This document shows, piece by piece, positions 12,796-24,845 of a stretch of 64,000 bases of DNA. The translations under genes were made by a program, and so were the position numbers. Source of the stretch: Octopus sinensis. Taxonomy: Eukaryota. The notes beneath the pieces are model-generated. The model had not been told where the DNA came from. It saw nothing but the letters and a program-made list of their open reading frames with translations, and did no database searches. The stretch is taken from NCBI RefSeq assembly GCF_006345805.1, contig NC_043025.1:13888001-13952000 (forward strand), read 5' to 3'. Position 1 is the stretch's first letter; every line of letters begins with the position of its first letter.

Positions 12796-13110
12796 CTGAA
12801 AGTAGAAGACAAAAACATGAGTGACACAGAAGGAGTGACGGAGATCATAGTGGTGGTGGTGGTAGTAGTAGTGGTGGTGGTAGAGGCACTGTGGGTGATT
12901 GTGAAAGTGGTGTGTTGGTAGCATATATACACATATGTTCGTGTGGATGAGCGGGGGTGGTTGAAAAGACCTTGACTTTAAAGGCATCGTGAAAGGCCTG
13001 GTTGCAGACCCAACCCAATCTTCAGAGTTCTTTTACAGGGCTTAGAAAAACTGAAGGACCCCTGCAAACATGTATAAAAATATATGTAAATATGTATAAG
13101 CATAAATATA

Positions 13111-13509
13111 TCTTTATATATAAAAGTGAGGTTGTGTGCTGTCTGTCCCCTTCGATTTAGATTCCTAACTACTCCCACATTTTGCGGTGCAGTTTAACCA
13201 AAACCGGGTATCTTATAGTCGTGATTCATATCGAGCCCTTCTGGGTATTAGCGCGCGTCTACGATGAGTCTACGATTTAAAAAAATATTACCATCATTTT
13301 TTCCCATTTTAATGCATTTTTTCGCTATTATATAAGGGAAGTAACTCTCTAAAAATGTCTACGATGAGTCAACGATTTATAAAAAAATTTACCATAATTT
13401 TTTTCCCATTTTTAATGCATTTTTTGCTATTTTTTGGCTATAACTCTCTAAAAATGCTTATATAGTTATTTCCCTTACAAACCCGAGCAACGCCGGGCGA
13501 TACTGCTAG
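13111..13509 (+). mobile_element. Non-autonomous Helitron (399 bp) in the last TBCCD1 intron
   Basis: Starts A|TCTTTATATATAAAAG and ends CTAG|T, with a subterminal hairpin cccg-agcaacgc-cggg (13482-13497). A/T target with no TSD; internal tandem duplication. Confidence 0.8.
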
Positions 13510-13666
13510 TATAATATATGACAGTTTTAAAAGTTTTGAATTAATTATTTAAAGCATCTTACGATCGTTTCGCAGAAGAGTTGTCCCTAGAATGAAATCC
13601 TAGATTGATAAGCATTTATAGACATCTTATCAGGAGACATTAAGAAATATGTGAAGTGCCACTTAC

Positions 13667-13816
13667 AAAGAAATGCGTCTCGATGACTTCCTGGAACTCT
13701 TTGATCTGTTCTGGAGATAATTTGGCATCTTTGACCAGTTTCTGCCACGTCACAACGGATCTATGGCGCTGGGTGATGGCGTCTTGATATGGCTGGGGCA
13801 ATTCACAGGGGATGCT
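13667..13816 (-). CDS. TBCCD1: TBCCD1 coding exon 17 (SIPCELPQPYQ...ETHFF)
   Basis: ttcag| acceptor and |gtaagt donor, phase 0/0, 150 nt. Confidence 0.92.
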
Positions 13817-14041
13817 CTGAAATGATGCAGGCATACACAAAGACATATAGATATATATAGAAATAAAGATATCACTAAATAAATAAAGATGTCACCATTA
13901 TTGCTAGAAATAAGAGTCAAAACAACTCATTAGCCAACAAAGGCACTATCTTAATGACTGACAAGTGAGGAAAGCTCTTTACAGCAGTGGACATAGCCAC
14001 ATTATATATATGATTACAAATATATATACATACATATATGT

Positions 14042-14144
<103 letters not shown>

Positions 14145-14217
14145 TATACATATATGTATGTATATATATATACATATATGTATATATATATACATATATG
14201 TATGTATATATATAGAC

Positions 14218-14720
14218 ATAGGAGTGGCTGTGTGGTAAGTAGCTTGCTTACCAACAAAATGGTTCGGGGTTCAGTCCCACTGCATGACACCTTGGGCAAG
14301 TGTTTTCTACTATAGCCTTTTGCCAACCAAAGCCTTGTGGGTGGATTTGGTAGACGGAAACTGAAAGAAGCCTGTAGTATATGTATGTGTATGTGTCAGT
14401 GTTTGTCCCCACCAACACCGCTTGACAACCGATGCTGGTGTGTTTACGTCCCCGTAACTTAGAGGTTCGGCAAAAGAGACCGATGCAATAAGTACTAGGC
14501 TTACAAAGAATAAGTCCTGGGGTCTTATTCTGGTTGTCCTTCCTAACGCCAACCACTCTGTGAGTGTGTTGTGGGTGCTTTTTACATGCCACCGGCACAG
14601 AAGCCAATACATATATATACATATATATGATAAGCTTCTTTCAGTTTCCGCCTACCAAATCCACTCACAAGGCTTTGGTCGGCCCAAGGCTATAGCAGAA
14701 TGTGCTTAACTTTTCCACAG
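14218..14720 (+). mobile_element. Composite SINE family A / family C fragments
   Basis: ggagtggctgtgtggtaag head followed by rearranged pieces of both families. Confidence 0.7.
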
Positions 14721-14811
14721 GTTTCTTCTGCAACTACGAACCAGGACTTCTTGATGCACCTGTCCTCATTCAAATATGTGATTAAAGAAAAAAACAGGGA
14801 AAAGAACCCAC

Positions 14812-14909
14812 CTTTGTAGCTCCTTCCATCTCAAACGGGATATTGAAGGTGTAAAAATCCTGAGGTTTCATCAGCTCCCAAACTGGGGCCACTTCTCTGT
14901 GGTCTGAAC
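14812..14909 (-). CDS. TBCCD1: TBCCD1 coding exon 16 (SDHREVAPVWELMKPQDFYTFNIPFEMEGATK)
   Basis: ttcag| acceptor and aag|gtgggt donor, 98 nt; IPFEMEG motif conserved. Confidence 0.93.
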
Positions 14910-15124
14910 CTGAAATATAAAGGGACAGTTGACTGAGAAACACATTGGAAGTGGACAGGTGTTTAGTAAAAGGGGACAATTGATTAAATAACATCTACAC
15001 AGAGAGACATGTTTAACAGAAGGGGGACAGCTAATAAATGAAAGGAGACAGTTGGTTAAATAATGTCCACATAGGCATGTTTAGCAAAAGGGGGACACCT
15101 GATTTACAAAAGAAGACAGTTGAT

Positions 15125-15680
15125 CCCCCCATTTTGCCCAGGACATCAATCGTCTGGAAGCCGTTCAGCGATGTGCAACCAAAAGAATACCCTCCATCAG
15201 GCATTTGCCATATTCTGAACGCCTTACTTCCCTGGGCATGGATACATTGAAACTCCGATGTCTGGCAGCTGACTTGGCAGACACCCATAAAATTATCAAC
15301 CATCGTACAAACAATAACTCTGAGCACCTTTTCAAACTCCACCCATCTAACACCCGTGGACATATTTACAAAGTCAGAAAACAGCACAGCTCCCATGACT
15401 TCAGGAAACATTTCTTCACGCTGAGAGTTGCTGAAGCATGGAACAAACTGCCGGCATCAGTTGTTGGTTGTCGGAGCACTGCATCCTTCAAAACTTTCAT
15501 GCTTCCTGAGATTCACCAACACTACACCTGATCTTCTCCTTCCCTCCATACACACAAGCAAGCATCTATCTGACTCATACACTGTTTGCTTTCCAGACAT
15601 TTGTACATTACTGCATATACTCTGACAAGTTGTGGTGCACCTGAGCACTGTATACAATAATTTCATTATATTATATAAAT
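15125..15680 (+). mobile_element. CR1/L2-type LINE 3' fragment
   Basis: SPHFAQDINRLEAVQRCATK...YSERL..LG...L..R...DL...KII...TRGH..K......RKHFFTLRV..AWNKLP is typical of the CR1 ORF2 C-terminus. The 3'UTR ends in an ATT-rich tail. Confidence 0.85.
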
Positions 15681-15744
15681 AATGTTCATATAGACATGTT
15701 TTAAAACGGAACAGTTAAATAAAGTCTACATAGAGATGCATGTT

Positions 15745-16010
15745 TTAACTTCTTGTCTTGTCTTGAGACAGCATCCACCCGGGGTGGGCTGAGCTGGTTT
15801 CATTCATCCTAATGCTGCATCTCTCACAAACGCTGACCAGGCCTGGCGATTCGAGGCTAACAACCACGTGATCTCCAACCACTCCATATTCCAGCGGCGA
15901 ATGCTGTAGACATGGGGGCCTAGGTTGGATCCCAGATCAGCCTTGACTCATCAATCAGGATTTTCGTTGTCCACCACATCGCTTTCGCCAACCCTGAAGT
16001 AGAGCCAGGT
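15745..16010 (-). mobile_element. Degenerate RTE-type LINE 3' end with (ACAAG)n tail
   Basis: Frameshifted GWRKRCGGQRKS...ASNRQAWSAFVRDA resembles the RTE C-terminus; tail caagacaagacaagaag. Confidence 0.6.
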
Positions 16011-16067
16011 TAAATGCTGAAGTGTTAGTTAATAAGATTACAGATAAACACAAAAGGGCCTACCTAC

Positions 16068-16243
16068 CCAAACAGATTGGTTGGTCCCACAGGTTGTTGT
16101 TGGCGTCCAGACCCACTTTTAGCAGATGCTCTTCCAGTTTGGGGTAGAACGTGTGGAAAGGGGACAATCTGATGGAGTCATTGCCATTCAAAATTACCGG
16201 TTGGTTAGGGGTGAGAAGATAAAGGGTACACAGCTGGCTGTTG
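16068..16243 (-). CDS. TBCCD1: TBCCD1 coding exon 15 (NSQLCTLYLLTPNQP...WDQPICL), TBCC domain
   Basis: ttcag| acceptor and g|gtaggt donor, 176 nt. Confidence 0.95.
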
Positions 16244-16408
16244 CTGAAATAAAGCCACAGAGTAATAAAATAAGGGTGGATATTGAGGAATTGAGATAGA
16301 GGTGGGTAGGGAGTTGAGAGCATGTTCTGGGACACAGAGTGGATATAGGGTATGGCTGGGTGCTGTGATGAAGGTAGTGACAAAGGGTGGATTGGCGGGT
16401 GGACTTAC

Positions 16409-16531
16409 TTGATAACTATTCGGTAACAGGGTGCAATGATCGTGACAAACTCACAGTGTTCGACATGGACAGTGGTTTCGACTGGACCGAGGATGATCCT
16501 GGTGTGGCGACATTTCTGGATAGTCACAGAC
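16409..16531 (-). CDS. TBCCD1: TBCCD1 coding exon 14 (SVTIQKCRHTRIILGPV...YRIVI), TBCC domain
   Basis: cccag| acceptor and aa|gtaagt donor, 123 nt; matches human SVTIEKCRNSIFVLGPV. Confidence 0.95.
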
Positions 16532-16619
16532 CTGGGAGCAATTTAGGAAGACAAGAAGAGGAGGAGGAGGAAGGAGAAGAAGATTGCGGTTAGTTGGCAA
16601 CGATAGCAAGTTGAACAAC

Positions 16620-18140
16620 ATGACAGAATGCTATAACACCATCCTAACAACACCCCAACAACACTACCACATCATACTAACAACATCCCACAACACTACT
16701 ACAATACCATCCTAACAACACTAACACATTCATACACATCTACAGCACACTACAACACACCACAACACTAACCTAACAACACCCCACAACAGTACTACAA
16801 CACTGTCCACACACATCTAAACACCTCACAGCACATCTACAACTCCCACAACACTACTACAACACCATCCTAACAACACTGCTGCATCATCCTAACAACA
16901 TCCCACAAAACTACAACACCATCCTAACAACATCCCACAAAACTACAACATCATCCTAACAACTTCCCACAAAACTACAACACCATCCTAACAACATCCC
17001 ACAAAACTACAACACCATCATAACAACATCCCACAAAACTACAACACCATCCTAACAACTTCCCACAAAACTACAACACCATCATAACATCCCACAACAC
17101 TACATCATCCTAACAACATCCCACAACACTACAACACCATCCCAACAACATCCCACAACACTACAACACCATCCTAACAACACTACAACACCATCCCAAC
17201 AACATCCCACAACACTACAACACCATCCCACAACACTACTACAACACCATCCCAACAACATCCCACAACACTACAACACCATCCTAACAACATCCCACAA
17301 CACTACAACACCATCCCAACAACATCCCACAACACTACAACACCATCCCACAACACTACTACAACACCATCCTAACAACATCCCACAAAACTACAACACC
17401 ATCCTAACAACATCCCACAACACTACAACACCATTCTAACAACATCCCACAAAACTACAACACCATCCTAACAACATCCCGCAACACTACAACACCATCC
17501 TAACAACATCCCACAAAACTACGACACCATCCTAACAACATCCCACAACACAACAACACCATCCTAACAACATCCCACAAAACTACACCATCCTAACAAC
17601 ATCCCACAACACTACAATACCATCCTAACAACATCCCACAACACAACACCATCCTAACAACATCCCACAAAACTACAACACCATCCTACCAACATCCCAC
17701 AAAACTACAACACCATCCTAACAACATCCCACAACACTACAACACCATCCTAACAACATCCCACAAAACTACAACACCATCCTAACAACATCCCACAAAA
17801 CTACAACACCATCCTAACAACATCCCACAAAACTACAACACCATCCTAACAACATCCCGCAACACTACAACACCATCCTAACAACATCCCACAAAACTAC
17901 AACACCATCCTAACAACATCCCACAAAACTACACCATCCTAACAACATCCCACAACACTACAATACCATCCTAACAACATCCCACAACACTACAACACCA
18001 TCCTAACAACATCCCACAAAATTACACCATCCTAACAACATCCCACAAAACTACAACACCATCCTAACAACATCCCACAAAACTACAACACCATCCTAAC
18101 AACATCCCACAACACTACAACAACACCACCATCCTAACAA
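16620..18140. repeat. 32-bp minisatellite (ccacaaaactacaacaccatcctaacaacatc)n, about 1.5 kb
   Basis: Direct reading; the plus strand is almost devoid of G. Confidence 0.95.
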
Positions 18141-18219
18141 CAGTATCTCTCTCCCATTCTGTCCACACACATCTCCCACACCAAAGGATGTGAGAGTAAT
18201 GTGTGTGTGTTTCACTTAC

Positions 18220-18299
18220 CTGAGTGGAGTCAACAGATACAAATTGGAACCGTGGCATCGATGGATTTTAACATTGCTGAATTCTAAGGTTGCAGAACA
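18220..18299 (-). CDS. TBCCD1: TBCCD1 coding exon 13 (CSATLEFSNVKIHRCHGSNLYLLTPL)
   Basis: ttgcag| acceptor and ag|gtaagt donor, 80 nt. Confidence 0.95.
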
Positions 18300-18462
18300 C
18301 TGCAAAAGAAGACAGAGAGAACCATGACCACCACCACTATCATTTCACATATGTGTTAAAAGCTGGCAGGGTTTGGGCTGTTTATGAGGATCCAGTTAGA
18401 CCCTTGGGGTTCCCAACTATCTTTTACCTATGGACCCCTTTGATTACTATTTTAGTCTGTGT

Positions 18463-18611
18463 AGGAGTGGCTGTGTGGTATGTAGCTTACTTACCAACCA
18501 CATAGTTCCAGGTTCAGTCCCACTGTGTGGCACCTTGGGCAAGTGTATTCTACTATAACCTCAGGCCGACCAAAGCCTTGTGGGTGGATGGAAACTGAAA
18601 GAAGCCCGTCG

Positions 18612-18649
<38 letters not shown>

Positions 18650-18830
18650 TGTGTTTGTCCCCCTAGCGTTGCTTGACAACCAATGCTGGTGTGTTTACGT
18701 CCCCGTCACTTAGCGGTTCAGCAAAAGGCGACCGATAGAATAAGTCCTGGGGTCGATTTGCTCGACTAAAAGGCGGTGCTCCAGCATGGCCGCAGTCAAA
18801 TGACTAAAACAAGTAAAAGAATAAAAGAAT
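18463..18830 (+). mobile_element. SINE family A
   Basis: Family A head, body and tail. Confidence 0.85.
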
Positions 18831-18837
18831 ACAGCAT

Positions 18838-19290
18838 GTTCATAAATCACCTTTACAATTTGGAAAATTCAAAAATAAATGAAAAATAAGGATAACTAAG
18901 CAGAGTTTATTGGAAAACCATAGGCAAAGAAATAAAGTTTTATTAGAAATATGGGAATACTTCCATGCGGGCTCCATTAGTTGCACATAGCATATCTTGA
19001 TGATGTAGTTTAAGTTGTAAAGATAATTAATGGACATCCTGTACGTGTGTGAAGATGTATATATATGTTATGTACACAATGTCCATAAATCACCTTTACA
19101 ATTTGAAAAATTCAGAAATTAATGAAAAATAAGGATAACTCAGTAGAGTTTAGTGGAAACCATAGGAAATGAAATAAAGTTTTATGAGAAATATCAAAAC
19201 ACTTTCATGTGGGCTCCATTAGTTGCATGCAATACATCTAAATGATTATAGTACAACGAAGTGTGAGAATTGTACAGATAATTTACGAAC
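18838..19290. repeat. Diverged ~240-bp tandem duplication in a TBCCD1 intron
   Basis: cataaatcacctttacaattt...ggctccattagttgca begins at about 18841 and again at about 19085. Confidence 0.75.
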
Positions 19291-19344
19291 AGCTTGTATT
19301 CCCCTCATCACATTCTAACACCAAATATTCATAATGATACTCAC

Positions 19345-19393
19345 CCTTGCTACAGTCTGCTTACTCACTTGGCTCATAAAGATAACTTTGTTC
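19345..19393 (-). CDS. TBCCD1: TBCCD1 coding exon 12 (NKVIFMSQVSKQTVAR)
   Basis: tgcag| acceptor and agg|gtgagt donor, 49 nt; matches human HRLVVMSQVYKQTLAK. Confidence 0.92.
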
Positions 19394-19484
19394 CTGCAGA
19401 GGATCCAGAATGAAAATAAAACAAAATGATGTATAGCAGAAAATAGAAAATAGATATATTCATTCATACAAAATCATAATCAAA

Positions 19485-19647
19485 GGCGCAGGAGTGGCTG
19501 TGTGGTAAGTAACTTGTTTACCAACCACATGGTCCCGGGTTCAGTCCCACTGCGTGGCATCTTGGGCAAGTGTCTTCTGCTATAGCCCTGGGCTGACCAA
19601 TGCCTTGTGGGTGGATTTGGTAGACGGAAACTGAAAGAAGCCTGTCG

Positions 19648-19694
<47 letters not shown>

Positions 19695-19922
19695 CTGTGT
19701 GTGTGTGTGTTTGTGTGTCTGTGTTTGTCCCCCTAGCATTGCTTGACAACCAATGCTGGTGTGTTTACGTCCCCGTCACTTAGCGCTTCGGCAAAAAGAG
19801 ACCGATAGAATAAGTACTGGGCTTACAAAAGAATAAGTCCCGGGGTCGAGTTGCTCGATTAAAGGCGGTGCTCCAGCATGGCCACAGTCAAATGACTAAA
19901 ACAAGTAAAAGAGTGAAAGAGT
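19485..19922 (+). mobile_element. SINE family A, full length
   Basis: Complete head-to-tail match to the other copies. Confidence 0.88.
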
Positions 19923-20474
19923 AATCAAAGGAGGTAATGTTGAGGTGTTCAGTTTCTTTCCAAAGAGGAATATGTGATTTGAGAAAGACTTGGCTCCTAT
20001 TTCTACCAGGTCCAGTACCATATTTTGTCAACAAAATCTTATATGGACCCCTAAGAGTAATGTAGACCCCTGAGGATCATATGGAATCCCAAGAGTAATA
20101 TGGGACCCCTTGAGGGCAATATGGACCCTATGTATGTGTGTGTCTTTATGCTTGTATTTGTCCCCCACCACTGTTTTACAACCGATGTTGGTGTGTTTAC
20201 ATCCCCCGTAACTTAGTGGTTTGGCAAAAGAGCCCGATAAAATCAGTACTAGGCTTTTAAAAAAGCATAAGTCCTGAGAGTCGATTTGTTTGACTAAAAG
20301 CCCCTTAGAGATGGTGCCCCAGGATGGCTGTAGTCAAATGAATGAAACAAGTGTAAGAAAACAAAAGAAAAAAATTTTGTGACCCCTTGTGACCCCTATG
20401 AAGGAATAATTAGCTTTTACTTATTTCAGCCATTGGACTGCGACCATGCTGGGGCACCACCCTGAAGTGTAGTA

Positions 20475-20856
20475 GGAGCACTCCGTCGGTTCCGACGACG
20501 AGGGTTCCGGTTGATCCGAATCAACGGAACAGCCTGCTCGTGAAATTAACGTGTAAGTGGCTGAGCACTCCACAGACAACGTGCACCCTTAACGTAGTTC
20601 TCGGGGATATTCAGCGTGACACAGAGAGTGACAAGGCCGGCCCCTTGAAATACAGGTACAACAGAAACAGGAAGTAAGAGTGGGAGAAAGAGTGGTGAAA
20701 GAGTACAGCAGGGATCACCACCATCCCCTGCCGGAGCCTCGTGGAGCTTTTAGGTGTTTTCGCTCAATAAACACTCACAACACCCGGTCTGGGAATCGAA
20801 ACCGTGATCCTCCGACCGCGAGTCCGCTGCCCTAACCACTGGGCCATTGCGCCTCC
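20475..20856 (-). mobile_element. tRNA-SINE family D with probable target-site duplication
   Basis: Near-identical to 6568-6951; flanked by accctgaagtgta on both sides (about 20459-20471 and 20861-20873). Confidence 0.85.
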
Positions 20857-21058
20857 ACTGACCCTGAAGTGTATCAGTTCAATAAATTGATTGAAGTTAC
20901 TTATTTTAAAAAAAAAACCTGATAATTATTTCTATTGGGTCTCTTTTGCCAAACTGCTAAGTCACAGGGATGTAAACATACCAACACCGGCTGCGAAGAG
21001 ATGATTGGGGGGGGGGTGCGGGCGAAAATACATGTTAGGTAGCAAACAGCAAACTGAC

Positions 21059-21143
21059 CCTTTAATGGCATCCCTGGGAACAATGTGGGCATTCGTAGCA
21101 ATCCGGCCTCGTTTGAAACTGTTTTCATTTCGAGACTCCTCCC
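21059..21143 (-). CDS. TBCCD1: TBCCD1 coding exon 11 (EESRNENSFKRGRIATNAHIVPRDAIK)
   Basis: tgtag| acceptor and gg|gtcagt donor, 85 nt; matches human KRAKIACNTHVAPR. Confidence 0.9.
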
Positions 21144-21234
21144 CTACAAGACAAAGAAGATACGTATAATAAAGATGAAAAAGGAAAAAAAATAAGGTCA
21201 AAACATGTAAAAAAAAAGGGGGGGGGGCGGATTC

Positions 21235-22100
21235 TCAATGCCCCCTGACTGGCTCCCGTTCCAGTGACACATAGAATGTAACATCTGAACATGGTCGATG
21301 CCAGTGTCCCCTGACTGGCTCCTGTTCTGATGCTCTGTAAAATACATCATCTAAACGGGGCCGATGCCAGGCCCACCTGACTGGCCCCCTTGCCAGTGGT
21401 ACATAAAAAGCACTATTTGAATGCGATTGCTGCCAGAGCCCTCTGACAGGCTCCCATGTCAGTGGCACGTAATAAGCACTATCTGAACGTGATCGATGCC
21501 AGGCCTGTCTGACTGGCTCCTGTGCCAGTGGCACGAAAAAAGCACCCACTACACTCTCGGAGTGGTTGGCGTTAGGAAGGGCATCCAGCTGTAGAAACAC
21601 TGCCAGATCAGATTGAAGCCTGGTGCAGCCGCTGGGTTTCCAGACCTGTCAAACCGTCCAACCCATGCTTAATCGATCAACATCAATGGAAATTGCAGCT
21701 GTGATACCAGTGCCGGTGGTACGTAAGAGAACCATCCGAATGTGGCTGTTGCCAGCGCCACCCCGACTGGCCTCGTGCCGGTGGAATGTAAAAAGCACCA
21801 TCCGATTGTGGCTGTTGCCAGCCTCGCCTGGACCCCGTGCCGGTGGCACGTAAAAAGCACCATCCGATCGTGGATGATTGCCAGCCTCGTCTGGCACCTG
21901 TGCCAGTGGCACGTCAAAAGCACCCACTACACTCATGGAGTGGTTGGCGTTAGGAAGGGCATCCAGCCGTAGAAACATTGCCAGATCTGACTGGGCCTGG
22001 TGCAGCCTTCTGGCTTCCCAGACCCCAGTTGGACCGTCCAACCCATGCTAGCATGGAAAGCGGACGCTAAATGAAGATGATGATGATGATGATGATGATG
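21235..22100 (+). mobile_element. Tandem RTE 3'UTR (family C) copies with internal ~60-bp subrepeats
   Basis: Repeated gtgccggtggcacgtaaaaagcacc units; ends in (GAT)n. Confidence 0.75.
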
Positions 22101-22502
22101 ATCTGCACCGGCAGTTTTTACATTGCACCAGCAATAGCAGGTTTTATGTGGCACCAACACCGGTACTTCCAATGGGACACCAGCAATGAAGCTTTTTATG
22201 TGACACCATCACCAATGCTTTATATGTGGCACCAGCATCACTCCACACATGATGGGTTTCCAAACATTTTCCATTTACCAAATCCACTCACAAGGTTCTG
22301 GTTGGCCTGGTGCTATACCAGAAGTCATTTGCTCAAGGTGTTGTACAGTGAGACTGAACCTGGGACCAGGCAATTGCCAATCAAACCCCTTACCACACAG
22401 CCACACTTGTGCCTTTAATAAATGAAAAGGCCAACGACAGGGAACTCACCGTTTTTGAGGAATCAAAGAAAGTAGAGAAAAAAAGGAAAGGGTTCTAAGT
22501 AC

Positions 22503-22623
22503 CGAGCATTCTCCAAGAAAGACGTCTTCCGGAAGACACACAGGCCGAGGGGCCAAAAGGATTAGGGATCAGGTTTTCTTTCAGCCAGTGGTACAGCGAC
22601 TGGAGAGGCACGGTTTGACTGCT
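22503..22623 (-). CDS. TBCCD1: TBCCD1 coding exon 10 (SSQTVPLQSLYHWLKENLIPNPFGPSACVSSGRRLSWRML)
   Basis: ttcag| acceptor and g|gtactt donor, 121 nt; NPFG.SAC conserved. Confidence 0.92.
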
Positions 22624-22819
22624 CTGAAGAGAGAGAGAGAGAGAGAGAGACGGGTAAATAAGGGGAGAAAAAGGTTAAGTAAGTGTTTTGGTGAAAGGGG
22701 ACACGTGGAAGGATGGGGAGACCTTGCAGATGCTCAAGGGGACACAAATGCACTGCTGGGAAAGGAACTTGCAAGTTTTACGGTCGTGAGCTGAATGCCA
22801 TAACAATTTAAGCCACTTG

Positions 22820-23720
22820 AAGAGGAGGAGGAGGAGGAGGAGAGAAGAAGAAGGAGGAGGAGGAGAAGGAGGAGAAGAAGAAGTGGAAGATGAGGAAAGA
22901 AAAAAGGAAGAAAAAAAGAAAGAAAATGAAAGAAGGGGAGGAGGAGAGAGAAGAAGAAGAAGAAGAAAGAGAAGAAAGAAAAGAGGAAGAAAAAGAAGAA
23001 GAAGAAGAAGAGAAGAAGAGAAATGCAAAAGACAAATGAGGAGAGAGAAGAAGTAAGAATGAGGAAGAAGCGAGTTGCAAAAGAAGGAGTGTTAAGGAAG
23101 AAGTTTGAAGAAAGTGAAAGAGAGAAAGAGAGAGAGAAAGAGAGAAAGAGTAAATACCTTTGAATAGCAGACTTTGGATTTGATTCCTGGAAGTAAGAAG
23201 AGGTCTTTGAGATCAATGAAAGTCCTGGAAATAGAAGAAGAAAGAATATGTGAGGGAAGGAAATATTGCTGCAGCTGGGGAGTGTGTGAGGAAGGCTTTG
23301 TTGTTGGGTCGATGAGGGTGGTCGGCTGGTTGGTTGTGGTAGAGACAACAGCTGGTTCTGCCTCGAAACGCAGCATTGCATCGCGAGAGAAGCGGGTCCT
23401 GGGGGAAGATGCAGAAGAGGAAGAGATGCATTGTGGTAGGAAGAGGAAGAGATGGTGGAGGAAGAGGAGTTGATGAAGGAGAGGGAGGGGAAGAAAGAGG
23501 GGAAGAAGGAGGAGGCAAAGGAGGAGGAGGAGGAGGAGAAGAGGAAGGAACAGGCAGGAGAGGAAGAGGCAAGGAGAAGGAAAAGAACAAAGAGGAAAAG
23601 AACAAGGAGGAGGAGGAGGAAGAGAAGAGGAAGGAACAGGCAGGAGAGGGAGGGGGAGAAAGAGGGGAAGAAGGAAGAGGCAAAGGAGGTGGAAGAGGAA
23701 TTAGAGGAGAAGGAGGAGGT
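22820..23720. repeat. Purine-rich (GAA/GGA)n low-complexity tracts flanking TBCCD1 exon 9
   Basis: Direct reading; source of the poly-E/R/S/L ORFs. Confidence 0.85.
23158..23224 (-). CDS. TBCCD1: TBCCD1 coding exon 9 (TFIDLKDLFLLPGIKSKVCYSK)
   Basis: tccag| acceptor and aag|gtattt donor, 67 nt; phases bridge exons 8 and 10 exactly. Weaker similarity to human. Confidence 0.8.
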
Positions 23721-23888
23721 TATATTTCTCGTTGTTATCTTGAATGTTTCCACGGACCTTTCTTTCGGACAAAACCCTTTGGACTTTTCGTCCTGTCTTT
23801 GTCCTTACATGTTTCTTTGATTTCTGTCAGCCCTTGTGGCCGATAAACCGGAATTAATTATTATTGTTGTTGTTGTTGTCGTACTTAC

Positions 23889-24012
23889 CTACATTTGTCT
23901 GCTGTGGCTGATATGATGAAACCCAGGGCATCCAGAATGTCATGGGTCACTTGGACATCGCGGCCTAAACACCGACTGCTTGCAGCAACTGATGTGGGGT
24001 TACTGCGGCTTT
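23889..24012 (-). CDS. TBCCD1: TBCCD1 coding exon 8 (SRSNPTS...DALGFIISATADKC)
   Basis: tccag| acceptor and ag|gtaagt donor, 124 nt. Confidence 0.9.
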
Positions 24013-24219
24013 CTGGAAGCGAAAGGGAAAGTAGGTAGATACAGGGGACAGAAAGTAGGTAGATACAGGGGACAGGGAGCATGCACATGCCCTTTCTGTC
24101 AGTGAACCCTCATTTGTTTCCAAATAAGGTAATATTCCTCCCATGCTCAGACATCATTTTGCAGAAATATTGGGAATGAACGACACTGCTTGTACAACAG
24201 GGACACTCTTTACTCGCTT

Positions 24220-24845
24220 TTCACTCATTTACTCGTTTCAGTCATTTGACCGTGGCCATACTAGAGCACCGCCTTAAGTCGAACAAATCGATCCCAGGAC
24301 TTATTCTTTGTAAGCTTCGTACTTATTCTATCAGTCTCTTTTACTCGTTTCAGTCATTTGACTGTGGCCATGCTGGAGCACCGCCTTTAGCTGAGCAAAT
24401 CGACCCCGGGACTTATTCTTTGTAAGCCCAGTACTTATTCTATCTGTCTCTTTTGCCGAACTACTAAGTGACGGGGACATAAACACACCAGCATCGGTTG
24501 CCAAGCAATGTTAGGGGAACAAACACAGACACACAAACACACACATATATATGTGAGTGGATTTGGTAGACGGAACTGAAAGAAGCCCATCGCATATATG
24601 TATATATATATGTATTATGTGTGTGTGTATCTGATTCTGTGTCTGTGTTTGTCCCCCCAACATCTCTTGACAACCGATGCTGGTGTGTTTACGTCCCCGT
24701 AACTAAGCGGTTCAGCAAAAGAGACCGATAAAATAAGTACTAAGCTTACAAAGAATAAGTCCTGAGGTTGATTTGCTCGACTAAAGGCGGTGCTCCTGCA
24801 TGGCCACAGTCAAATGACTGAAACAAGAGTAAAAGAGAGTAAAGA
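24220..24845. mobile_element. SINE family A copies in opposite orientations
   Basis: Minus-strand copy at about 24220-24600 followed by a plus-strand 3' half at about 24640-24845. Confidence 0.8.

Noticed and set aside
13667-13816. LSPEQIKEFQE resembling the calmodulin N-terminus
   Set aside because: No EF-hand follows; the segment aligns with the TBCCD1 C-terminus (HLTKDQRKQFQ in human).
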